Virus record (IMG/VR): IMGVR_UViG_3300046534_001898 | DNA length: 64,000 nucleotides | Source: an uncultured virus (IMG/VR IMGVR_UViG_3300046534_001898) | Lineage: Duplodnaviria; Heunggongvirae; Uroviricota; Caudoviricetes | Reading direction: 5' to 3' (one strand) | Shown here: piece after piece, positions 51,905-60,601 of the stretch | Layout: the number at the start of each line of letters is the position of its first letter | Position numbering within the stretch: position 1 is the first letter of the stretch | Notes under the pieces: generated by a model | Databases searched by the model: none | What the model was told of the DNA's origin: nothing | The model's input: only the letters and a program-made list of their open reading frames with translations | Program-made: the position numbers and the translations under genes

Positions 51905-52735
51905 AATTTGGCGTTTCTAATAAATATGTAGATATTTGTATAAGATGAAAATTCATACACCAATTCCTAGTTACGCTAAATCATTGTTGGAAGCAAGTTC
52001 TTACAATAAAGACGATCATCATTTGATCTATTCTTATTTTAGAATGATAGATGCTCAAAAATATCCTTATAAGAATTTGAGAGAAATCAATTTTTTTAAT
52101 GAAGGAAAAGTAGCTTTAACATTCTCTTGCATGCAGGAGAGTAGTCTGTTTTCTATTTCTGAAATTCAGAAATTAATGGATTATTACATTTACACAATTA
52201 GAAATCTAGATATTGAGATACTTGAGTTGATTGAAGCGGAAGAGGTCGAGTTTGATGATGGAGATATTTCAATGCGCATGATACATTGCTTAGTATATTA
52301 TTTCAAGTTCTATGTCTGCAATAAAAAGAAGCCTTGGTCAAAAAGAGATGTTGCGAATGAAGTATTCGTTGAAAATAATTTAACAGCAAAAGAGTGGAAC
52401 ATAAACGAGACCCGAAATACGGGAAGATATTAAAGTGTGCATCGGAAGATTGTAAGAAAGAATCTTTTTATATTGAAGGATTTGAGTCTTGGACAGAGCA
52501 TAAAGGAGAATATTTTTGCTTTAAATGCTCTGTTGATAATGTGGATATTGATTGGAAAAATTGTTTTCTAACTTATAGGTCAGTAGAGCTAGAAAGAAGA
52601 AGAGAACTTGTTTCAAAACAGGTTAAAAAACAGTTAGTTTTAGATAGTTATTCCAAGTTAACTTAAACCCTTTATTATGGTTATTTTTAATTAAAAATAA
52701 CTTGATTTTCATGTATTAATTTACTACATTAATAC

Positions 52736-53953
52736 ATGAATGATAAGCTATATATCCCTGAGAGGATTAACGTAGGATACCAACTAAGAGAGGATACTTA
52801 CACAGGAAAATTAGCCTATGTTATCTATTGGGATAGCAAAGGTAAACTAAGAAAAGAAACAGGATGGAATAGTTGGAGGAATCGTCCAGAAGATGTTCAA
52901 TCAGGCGAATACGACTATAAAACAAGAACGTACTCAAACGAAACACTTTACGGAGATCAAGTAAAAGCTCAAGAGTTCGTCAACGAACCAACGGAAGGGT
53001 TTGTCCTTAACAAAGGAGTTGGTGGACAAAGACAATCGTGGGGATGGAATGCTAGAAATGAATACATTCGTGTTTATGATCCTAGAGACTTTGAATTTGA
53101 AATTAGTGTTGCAAATTTATTGTTCATTCTACAGGAATCAAACTCAATCAAAGGTAAAGGTTTAGAGGGTAAATTTGTTTACTCATGGGAAGGTAAAGAA
53201 TTAGTTTTACTTCCAGCTGAATCTTTCGAACACCAGACATCATCAAGACACACAAACCTTCAATCTAAGAAGGTCACTAGAAAAGATATGCTAGCTGGTT
53301 GCCAGTATGTTTCTAAAGATGGGTCAGAACTTGTTTACTTGGGAAGACACGATTATATGAGTCATGACAGGAACAGATACTCTTACTATAATTCTGGAGT
53401 TAATAAGGTTAAGGGTCATGTTTTCTATGATCTTGGAGCGGAAGAAGATGAGTGTCAATATCAGTTTCACAAAGGGTTTACAAAACTAGCTGAAAAAGTT
53501 ACTACTGAAGCTGCGGGAAACTATGCAGACATATTAGAGGAATTTTTGGAGTCAAAGTATGGTTGTCTTGTGAAAGATGTTCAGTACAAAAAAGTAGACT
53601 TGGATTGGAGTGAGTTGATGACAAAAAAAGATTCACATGGATGGAAAGAATACCCTGAAAAGGAACTTTTTATTGTTAATGGAGCCAAGGTAGCTTTATC
53701 AACGCTTAATTACAGCGATGCGAAGGATAGCTATTATCATAAGGCTAACTCAAGAACTAAAAACCCACACTTCGAGGTTAGTAGAAATTATGTGATCTCA
53801 TTTAAAGATGGGAGCATCGTTAAAAATTACGCTAACAGAGAGGATACTTATTATACCCCAGACGAAGCTTTCTCAGCTGTTGAGGCATATGATATGAACA
53901 TCATACTAGAGAGTGGGAAAGAAATAACATACAACGAATACTTTAACGATTAA
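52736..53953 (+). CDS. Phage hypothetical protein
   Basis: 405-aa ORF; no function recognised. Confidence 0.65.
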   Translation: MNDKLYIPERINVGYQLREDTYTGKLAYVIYWDSKGKLRKETGWNSWRNRPEDVQSGEYDYKTRTYSNETLYGDQVKAQEFVNEPTEGFVLNKGVGGQRQSWGWNARNEYIRVYDPRDFEFEISVANLLFILQESNSIKGKGLEGKFVYSWEGKELVLLPAESFEHQTSSRHTNLQSKKVTRKDMLAGCQYVSKDGSELVYLGRHDYMSHDRNRYSYYNSGVNKVKGHVFYDLGAEEDECQYQFHKGFTKLAEKVTTEAAGNYADILEEFLESKYGCLVKDVQYKKVDLDWSELMTKKDSHGWKEYPEKELFIVNGAKVALSTLNYSDAKDSYYHKANSRTKNPHFEVSRNYVISFKDGSIVKNYANREDTYYTPDEAFSAVEAYDMNIILESGKEITYNEYFND

Positions 53954-53957
53954 AATT

Positions 53958-54413
53958 ATGTCAACTAAACAAACAAACGACACAAAAGTACAAGCACTAC
54001 TAAAAGTGGTGGAAGGAAAGAAGGAAGAAGTAAAAAGATTATCCAAGAAACCATCTTGGAGAACTAACTGCGCTTTTACTTTCGATGACAAAACTGGAAT
54101 GAGCATGAAAATGCTTAATCTAAATACTGCTAATAAAGAGGAAGCAATCATTCAAGCTCTTTCTTGGTTAATACAAAAAGAGTCCGCTTATTCTCAAGCT
54201 AGAGAAGAATTAGGTTTGGACGAAAAAGAATTCCAATGGAATGGCTTTTTAGTGTCGGATTGGAGAGAGGATTTCAAGAGTAGATTGGAAAGAATTACTA
54301 TCGAGGACAAGAAAAAAGAACTTGAAACTCTTGATAAGAAGCTTTCAAAACTCCTTTCGGAAGAGGCTAGGACTAAGAACGAGCTTGAAGAGATAGAAAA
54401 TCTTCTAAAGTAA
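53958..54413 (+). CDS. Coiled-coil hypothetical protein
   Basis: 151-aa ORF 4 nt after the previous gene. Confidence 0.6.
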   Translation: MSTKQTNDTKVQALLKVVEGKKEEVKRLSKKPSWRTNCAFTFDDKTGMSMKMLNLNTANKEEAIIQALSWLIQKESAYSQAREELGLDEKEFQWNGFLVSDWREDFKSRLERITIEDKKKELETLDKKLSKLLSEEARTKNELEEIENLLK

Positions 54414-54539
54414 CTAACTGATAATCAGCAAGATATAAAAAAGTTTCAAAAATAGTTTGGTAATGAGGAAACTTTTTATATCTTTGTTGCGTTATTAAGA
54501 AAGAGAAATAAAAATTTACACATACTTAGAAACAAGAAA

Positions 54540-54644
54540 ATGAAAACAATGAACACAAATATCGCAATGACTTATGCCCCGATGGGGAATGGTTATGATG
54601 CTGCGCCCGATTATGGCGATAGTAGCGGTACAGGTGTGTTCTAA
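54540..54644 (+). CDS. Putative attenuator leader peptide, Tyr/Ala/Pro/Gly/Asp-rich (34 aa)
   Basis: MKTMNTNIAMTYAPMGNGYDAAPDYGDSSGTGVF, lying between a promoter motif and a terminator. Confidence 0.85.
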   Translation: MKTMNTNIAMTYAPMGNGYDAAPDYGDSSGTGVF

Positions 54645-54670
54645 GTTTTGAACATATAAATGACTTGAAG

Positions 54671-54707
54671 AAGTCCTGTACCAACTAAAAGGTACAGGAC
54701 TTTTTTT
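54671..54707 (+). terminator. Attenuator terminator upstream of the Tyr/Pro/Gly/Asp/Ala tRNA operon
   Basis: aagtcctgtacc/ggtacaggactt plus a T tract; leader segment ggtacagg (54627-54634) is perfectly complementary to the 5' arm. Confidence 0.9.
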
Positions 54708-54755
54708 ATGTCCAAAAATGAGATTGAAAAGTTGATCTCAATAAAAAAAATACAT

Positions 54756-54838
54756 TGTGAGGTGGCTGAGTGGTTAAAAGCGCCAGACTGTAAATCTGGT
54801 CTCTTCGGAGTTCGGGGGTTCGAATCCCTCCCGCACAA
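54756..54838 (+). tRNA. tRNA-Tyr(GUA)
   Basis: ccaga-ctGTAaa-tctgg, long variable arm. Confidence 0.9.
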
Positions 54839-54901
54839 CAGAAATGTTCTTTGACGTATTGGAGTGATTAAAATGGGAAGGTAACCATCCTTCCCAAAAA
54901 T

Positions 54902-54974
54902 CTGGATGTAGCTCAGTTGGCAGAGTGCTTGCTTTGGGAGCAAGAAGCCGCAGGTTCGAGTCCTGCTATCCAGA
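54902..54974 (+). tRNA. tRNA-Pro(UGG)
   Basis: cttgc-ttTGGga-gcaag, C1:G72, A73. Confidence 0.92.
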
Positions 54975-54980
54975 CTTAAT

Positions 54981-55064
54981 CGAGATGACAATTTGGGTAC
55001 GCCCATTATTGGCGGTACTAGGATTGATCATCTTAGTTTTCGGGTTCGAATCCCTACATTTCGA
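54981..55064 (+). ncRNA. Degenerate tRNA-like element
   Basis: cgagatg/catttcg acceptor, T loop ttcgaat, enlarged D region, loop ttgatca. Confidence 0.45.
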
Positions 55065-55068
55065 CAAT

Positions 55069-55213
55069 CAAAGTATAGCTTATTGGTAAAGCGCCCCTTG
55101 GAGAATGGTAGGTTCGATTCCTCCCAGCGTGACTAAAAAAAATATCATCACGTTGTAGTTTATTGGTAAAACAATGTTTAGGAGAATGGTAGGTTCGAAT
55201 CCTCCTGCTTTGA
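55069..55213 (+). ncRNA. Pair of tRNA-Pro-like units with reciprocally swapped acceptor strands
   Basis: caaagta pairs with tgctttg of unit 2; cagcgtg of unit 1 pairs with cacgttg of unit 2. Confidence 0.6.
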
Positions 55214-55224
55214 CAAATTAAAAT

Positions 55225-55309
55225 GGGGGTACGCCAGAGTTGGAGAGCTTGGAGCGGTCTGTAAAACCGTTGGCGAAAGCCTGAGTAGGTTCGAATCCTA
55301 TTACCCTCA
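55225..55309 (+). tRNA. tRNA-Tyr(GUA)
   Basis: gcggt-ctGTAaa-accgt, long variable arm. Confidence 0.85.
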
Positions 55310-55314
55310 CTTAT

Positions 55315-55388
55315 CTTGATGTAGCTCAGTTGCGTAGAGTACCTGCCTTGGAAGCAGGGAGTCGCTGGTTCGAGTCCAGCCATTGAGA
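55315..55388 (+). tRNA. tRNA-Pro(UGG)
   Basis: cctgc-ctTGGaa-gcagg. Confidence 0.9.
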
Positions 55389-55399
55389 CAAATAAAAAT

Positions 55400-55474
55400 C
55401 TAGTTGCGATACATTGGCGTGTTTACCTCACTTGGACTGAGGGTTGCTTGAAGGTTCGACTCCTTTCAACTAGA
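55400..55474 (+). tRNA. tRNA-Pro(UGG) with an atypical D arm
   Basis: cctca-ctTGGac-tgagg, ctagttg/caactag acceptor. Confidence 0.75.
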
Positions 55475-55479
55475 CAATT

Positions 55480-55553
55480 GCAGGAGACGCATAAATGGTG
55501 GTGCGCCAGCCTTCCAAGTTGGAATAGAGTCGGTTCGATCCCGTCCTTCTGCA
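55480..55553 (+). tRNA. tRNA-Gly(UCC)
   Basis: ccagc-ctTCCaa-gttgg. Confidence 0.8.
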
Positions 55554-55558
55554 CAAAT

Positions 55559-55631
55559 GCGGTATTCGTATATTGATTGATTACGTCTGGTTTCCATCCA
55601 GAAGAGGGCAGTTTGATTCTGTTATACCGCT
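55559..55631 (+). tRNA. tRNA-Gly(UCC)
   Basis: tctgg-ttTCCat-ccaga, U73. Confidence 0.8.
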
Positions 55632-55709
55632 CAATAAGTCACATTGTCTAGGCATGGCGCAATGTGAGGAAGGTTAGGGTGAAAACCCTATTTGTAAGAC
55701 TGTCTGCAT

Positions 55710-55781
55710 GCGGAAGTAGCTCAGAGGCAGAGCATTAGGTTTCCAACCTGAGGGTCGAGATTTCGAAATTCTTCTTCCGCT
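55710..55781 (+). tRNA. tRNA-Gly(UCC)
   Basis: ttagg-ttTCCaa-cctga, U73. Confidence 0.85.
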
Positions 55782-55822
55782 CAAATGTGTGCATATGGGG
55801 ACAGTCGCTCTGTCTCCGCCAT

Positions 55823-55895
55823 GCGGTATTCGTATATTGGTTGATTACACCACATTGCCAATGTGGAGAGGGCAGTTCGATTCTGCTATACCGCT
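55823..55895 (+). tRNA. tRNA-Gly(GCC)
   Basis: ccaca-ttGCCaa-tgtgg, U73; paralogue of the 55559 gene. Confidence 0.87.
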
Positions 55896-55928
55896 CAAAA
55901 AGTTATTAGTTCTTTAAAAACTAAAAAT

Positions 55929-56001
55929 AGTCCAGAGGTGTTAATGGTAACACGCCTCCCTGTCACGGAGGAAATTGCGGGTTCGATTCCCGTGTGGACT
56001 G
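55929..56001 (+). tRNA. tRNA-Asp(GUC)
   Basis: cctcc-ctGTCac-ggagg, G73. Confidence 0.9.
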
Positions 56002-56120
56002 CAATTAAAAGGTGTTCGGATTCGAACGTATGCAAAGAAGAAGCGATGATTGTACATATTAAATCGTGAAGTACCTTAGTGTTAGGGCGCAAGCCAAACA
56101 CAGCACCTTTTTCTTTATTC

Positions 56121-56197
56121 GGTTTTATATGCTGCTCTGGTGAGTGGATTTGCCCTGTCACGGCTCAAAAACGAGGGATCGTAACCCTCTAAGACCG
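56121..56197 (+). tRNA. Degenerate tRNA-Asp(GUC)
   Basis: gcc-ctGTCac-ggc, ggtttta/taagacc acceptor, atypical T loop. Confidence 0.55.
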
Positions 56198-56201
56198 CTA
56201 T

Positions 56202-56273
56202 AGTGTCGTAGTTTAAAAAATAGAATTCCTCCGTTAGAGGGGGCGGGTATAGGTGAGAGTCCTGTCGATACTA
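56202..56273 (+). ncRNA. Degenerate tRNA-like element
   Basis: agtgtcg/cgatact acceptor, 6-nt middle loop, T loop tgagagt. Confidence 0.45.
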
Positions 56274-56277
56274 CTAT

Positions 56278-56351
56278 AGTGATGCAGCATATTGGTGTAT
56301 GGCGCTACGTTGTCAGCGTAGAGATTGCGGGTTCGAATCCCGTCATTACTG
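56278..56351 (+). tRNA. tRNA-Asp(GUC)
   Basis: ctacg-ttGTCag-cgtag, G73. Confidence 0.87.
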
Positions 56352-57164
56352 CAAATTATTAACTTTATAAAATTAGAAAACATGGATGACTTGGGGGCGA
56401 TAAGCTGAATAAAATCGAAAACAGAAAAAAAACAATTGGATCACGAAACCATAGGAAGCTTAAGAAATATTCCGACAACTTTAATGAGATGTTTGATTTC
56501 TTTTTGAAATCATCTCATAGTGGATTACTGGAGTTTTGCGGCTCAGGTGTTAGTGTTGAATCCGACCCGAATTCTCCAGACGGCAAATTTTGCTTTAGGA
56601 AATATGAAAACGGTCATAATGATTGGCATGTCACTCGTCATCCTAATATTTTGTATCATGTGGTGAGGGGTAAAAAGAGTTTCGGACTTTGGGTAAAACA
56701 ATGGTCGGAAGGAATTGCAGAATGTTCTTTTACAAAAGAAGAAATCATTCAAGAATTCACAGATAGAGATTTAGTAATCCCTAAAGGATTGATGAAGAGT
56801 TTTGATGACTCAATTCGGAAGGAAAAACAAAAACGTTATGATAGAGATTTACGAGAATTGGAAAGAACTAAATGATATTGAAATTTGCAACAATGTTGTT
56901 GCCGACATTGAAGTTGGATTAGTTTTAATCGAAAAGAGAAGCAAAAGGAAATGTATTATAGATGGTAAATCTAAAAACACCATTTCCATTTGGGGAACAA
57001 AAACTTCAAAAGAAGGAATCAATTGCGCTCAGTGGACTCAGTTAGATGGGAAGCACGGAGCAGTTGCTAACTTCTTTAAGTCTGATGAAGTGATTGAAGA
57101 TGTTTTAGCTTGGAAAGATGCCAAAATTAGAAAAGTGGCGCAGAAGTATAGAAAATAATAAAAT

Positions 57165-57238
57165 GGGGACGCATGTGCCAAGGCTGGCGAGGATGCTTTG
57201 CAAGTAACCTGTGGTGAATTCGATTTTCACCGTCTCCA
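57165..57238 (+). tRNA. tRNA-Ala(UGC)
   Basis: G3:U70, loop ttTGCaa. Confidence 0.8.
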
Positions 57239-57398
57239 CTAAAACAAAAGATGATAGTTACCGCATTGGCTGACTGACGAGAGCTACGTCAATAGTTATA
57301 ACAAGGGTTGTGTAGCGTTTTGATTTTAAACCTTAGCGGGTTTAAGGGATTTGAATCATAAGAACGACTTGTATTGCTTTTTACTTTTGTTTTTATTT

Positions 57399-57455
57399 GG
57401 GGAGGTATAAGAGGTGTAAACGGTATACCCAAGGGTTCGACTCCCTTCCTCTCCA
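57399..57455 (+). ncRNA. Anticodon-less mini-tRNA with Ala identity elements (G3:U70, A73)
   Basis: ggggagg/cctctcc acceptor, aaggg-ttcgact-ccctt T arm, a single middle hairpin. Confidence 0.7.
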
Positions 57456-57485
57456 CTAATAGTAGAAATAATAATTTATAAACAC

Positions 57486-57558
57486 GGGGCTGTAGCTAAA
57501 CTGGCTTAGCACCTCCCTTGCACGGAGAAGCATGTGGGTTCGACTCCCATCAGCTCCA
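57486..57558 (+). tRNA. tRNA-Ala(UGC)
   Basis: ggggctg/cagctcc acceptor, ctcc-ctTGCac-ggag. Confidence 0.92.
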
Positions 57559-57571
57559 CAACATTTTAATT

Positions 57572-58645
57572 ATGAAACAAATTACGTTATTTCCTATGCA
57601 ATCTACAGATGACTTGCATAGAGTTAAATTGGGAATTGATCCCACAAGCGATAAGCTCCACTTGGGTCATTTGGCTCCTTTAAGAATTGCACGAAAGATG
57701 CAGGAACGAGGAAAGCACTTGACATTGGTTTTAGGTACGTTTACAGCTCAAATGGGCGATCCTTCGGGACGAGATAAAGCTAGACCTATTTTACCAGCGG
57801 AAGAGGTTAAGCAGAACGGAGAGAAGCTTTTAGAACAAGCTTCTAAAGTTTTGATCGAAGGTTTTGATGTTTTTAGAAATGGAGATGTTTTCGATAAGAT
57901 GACAGTTCCAGAATTAATGGCATTGGTTTCTAATTTTACATTGAAGAGAATTACATCGAGAGATGCTTTTCAGCTTAGAATTGAAAACAACCAGTCAATT
58001 TCTATTCAGGAATTGATTGTCCCAGTTCTTCAGGGTTTTGACAGTGTTTCCTTGAAGACTGAAATCGAGATTGGAGGTTCTGATCAGTTGTTCAACTTTC
58101 AATTGACCAGAGAATTGCAACAGATGCATGGTCTTGAACCAGAGGTTTGTGTTATGACTCCTATCTTGAGTGGGACTGACGGTAGGAAGATGTCAAAATC
58201 TTTAGGGAATTGCATCTTTTTGGATGAGACTCCTGAAAACATGTTTGGTCTTTGTATGAGTATTTCGGATGAAGTTATGGATGAGGAATTTATTCCAATA
58301 TTAACTGATCTAAAAGACTTGGAAGAAAGTCCAATAAAAAGAAAGATGCAAATGGCGTTTGATATCGTGGAACAGATTCACGGAATTAATGCGGCTAGAT
58401 TGGCTCAGAAGCATTTTGAATCTACAATTCAGAATAGACAGCTTCCGCAAGACATTAAAACAACCAATCACAAAGATATCATTGATATCATCAAAGAAGT
58501 TAGAAACTGTAGTGGTTCTGAAGCTATGAGGTTGATTAAAGGTGGTGGAATTAAGATTGATGGAAAGAAGGTCGAGGAGCGTTGTGAAGTCAATCAAGGT
58601 GTTGTTGTAAAGGTTGGTAAGAGAGACTTTGTAGAAGTCATCTGA
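57572..58645 (+). CDS. tyrS: Tyrosyl-tRNA synthetase
   Basis: GIDPTSDKLHLGH, GDPSGR, LQGFD, GGSDQ, KMSKS and a C-terminal S4 domain. Confidence 0.96.
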   Translation: MKQITLFPMQSTDDLHRVKLGIDPTSDKLHLGHLAPLRIARKMQERGKHLTLVLGTFTAQMGDPSGRDKARPILPAEEVKQNGEKLLEQASKVLIEGFDVFRNGDVFDKMTVPELMALVSNFTLKRITSRDAFQLRIENNQSISIQELIVPVLQGFDSVSLKTEIEIGGSDQLFNFQLTRELQQMHGLEPEVCVMTPILSGTDGRKMSKSLGNCIFLDETPENMFGLCMSISDEVMDEEFIPILTDLKDLEESPIKRKMQMAFDIVEQIHGINAARLAQKHFESTIQNRQLPQDIKTTNHKDIIDIIKEVRNCSGSEAMRLIKGGGIKIDGKKVEERCEVNQGVVVKVGKRDFVEVI

Positions 58646-58649
58646 TAAT

Positions 58650-58723
58650 GGGGGCGCATGTGCCAAGGCTGGCGAGGATGCTTTGCAAGCAACCTGTGGT
58701 GAATTCGATTTTCACCGTCTCCA
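58650..58723 (+). tRNA. tRNA-Ala(UGC), near-identical to the 57165 gene
   Basis: G3:U70, loop ttTGCaa. Confidence 0.8.
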
Positions 58724-59118
58724 CAAGATGTAACAAATCTTTAATTTTAGCGTTTAAGAATTATGGATTTACAAGAATTATGCAAGCATGATAATGGGAC
58801 AGAAATTGTAGGGGAATCAATTGAGTTAAAATATGGCATGAAACCATACTCAGGAGATTATTTAAGTTTTCAGTTTCCTAAGAATTATAAAACAAAACAT
58901 CATACAGTAATTGAATTTTGTTTTAAATCTCAGTCTTCTGATCTTTTTGATAAGTATTCAGAGTTGGGTGATGACAATCCAAATTGGATTGTAAAAACAA
59001 GAGTGTGTACAAGTCATATTTTTATGTCTCAACCCCATATTTTATTTAGTCTTATGGTGTCTATTCCAAACGAAGAGGCTAAAGATATTTTAAAAAATGC
59101 CTTTAAATAAAAGTAATA

Positions 59119-60261
59119 ATGAAACTGAATTCTGTAGAAGAAATAAGGGAGACAAGTATTGAGAGATTTGTTGCAAAATACAAATTGAAGCATAAAGATT
59201 ATGGACATAAGTTCAGTCTTAAATACGATCAGCTTGATACTCCTAAGAAACCAGCTGCAAATGAGTGTAGAGGGATTGTTCTTTCAAACAATTTAGAAGT
59301 TCTTTCTATGCCTTTTGCTAGGTTCTCAAATTACAATGAGACTTCTCGGAAGGATATAGATTGGGAAACTGCAACGTATTGGGAGAAGACTGATGGAACA
59401 ATGATTCAATATTACTATGATCATATTATTGATAAATGGTGTGTTGGAACTACTGGTACAGCGGAAGCTGTAGATAATGTTTCTAGTAGAGATAAGATCA
59501 AGCAAATTGAGAATCATTATGATTTCAACTTGACTGATTTGTTTTACAAGGTTTGTGAAGAAAACGGGATTGACTTAACACAATGCGAAAAAGAAAATTA
59601 CACTTTCATATTTGAGCTTGCTACTGAATGTAATATTGTCATCAATAGCTATGAAAAAAGGCGTATAGTCCTTTTGGGGATTAGAGACTTAGCTTCTTTA
59701 AAAGAATTGTCTCAAGATGATTTGGATAGATGGGCAGAGGCTTTGAGTTGCGAAAGACCAAGGCAATACTTTTTTGAGTCTGAAACAGAAATGATTTCTT
59801 CTCTAAAAAATGTAAAGCATGGTGATGTTAATTTTGAGGGGTATGTAGTTGTTGATCAGAATCATAACAGGGTAAAAGTTAAATCTAATACCTACATTAT
59901 ATTCTCTCAGTTCAATGGAGACATTGAATCCAGATGGAGGTTAGTGGATGTGGTTATTAGCAACGAAATAGATGAGGTAGGTTCTTACTTCCCAAATCTA
60001 TTGGAACCCATGAGAAGCATTGAAAAGAAGTATAAAGAATTAATCGCTCCGATACAAGAAAAATTTGAGTTCCTAAAGGAAAACATTGACTCACTTGAAA
60101 AGAAGGAATTCTTTATCGAGGCTCAAAAGGCAGTTAGCTTCGATAAGAAGAAGAAGATTCTTTTGGGTGTAATGAGCCAACTTCAAAGAGATCGTAATAT
60201 TGATTTCAATGATGCGGTAGATAAAATTGATAAAAGGAAATTGTATAAACTTTTGAAGTAA
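59119..60261 (+). CDS. T4 Rnl1-like RNA ligase
   Basis: ECRG...PF.RF.N, EKTDGT, TFIFE, EGYV, RVKVKS..Y. Confidence 0.9.
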   Translation: MKLNSVEEIRETSIERFVAKYKLKHKDYGHKFSLKYDQLDTPKKPAANECRGIVLSNNLEVLSMPFARFSNYNETSRKDIDWETATYWEKTDGTMIQYYYDHIIDKWCVGTTGTAEAVDNVSSRDKIKQIENHYDFNLTDLFYKVCEENGIDLTQCEKENYTFIFELATECNIVINSYEKRRIVLLGIRDLASLKELSQDDLDRWAEALSCERPRQYFFESETEMISSLKNVKHGDVNFEGYVVVDQNHNRVKVKSNTYIIFSQFNGDIESRWRLVDVVISNEIDEVGSYFPNLLEPMRSIEKKYKELIAPIQEKFEFLKENIDSLEKKEFFIEAQKAVSFDKKKKILLGVMSQLQRDRNIDFNDAVDKIDKRKLYKLLK

Positions 60262-60601
60262 TGGAAAAAATAGAAATAACCAAAGAAGATTTACAGACCT
60301 TTATGGATGATGTAAACAAGGGTGTAGGTTGGTCAGATACTTCTTATAGAATATGTGAATTTGTAGGTATTGACCCTACAGATGGGGTTTAAAACGACAG
60401 ATAAAATGGGTTGGAAAAGCACATTAGACTTAACTAGAGACGAAGCAGTTTCGCTAATTCAAAAAAGGATGGCGAATCTTGATGAGTTCTCTGATAGTGA
60501 ACTAGAAGAAATGATTGAGGGTCTCGGTTATGGAGAGAATACTGAGCTGCCACATTACGGTTGCAATTTTTCAATAGTGGATTAATATAAAATTAGAAAC
60601 A

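Noticed and set aside
57271..57300. Hammerhead ribozyme (CTGACGA core)
   Set aside because: No correctly placed GAAA or three-stem junction was found by eye.
57518..57571. TyrRS start at TTG 57518
   Set aside because: It lies inside tRNA-Ala. The ATG at 57572 after an AT-rich spacer is the better start.
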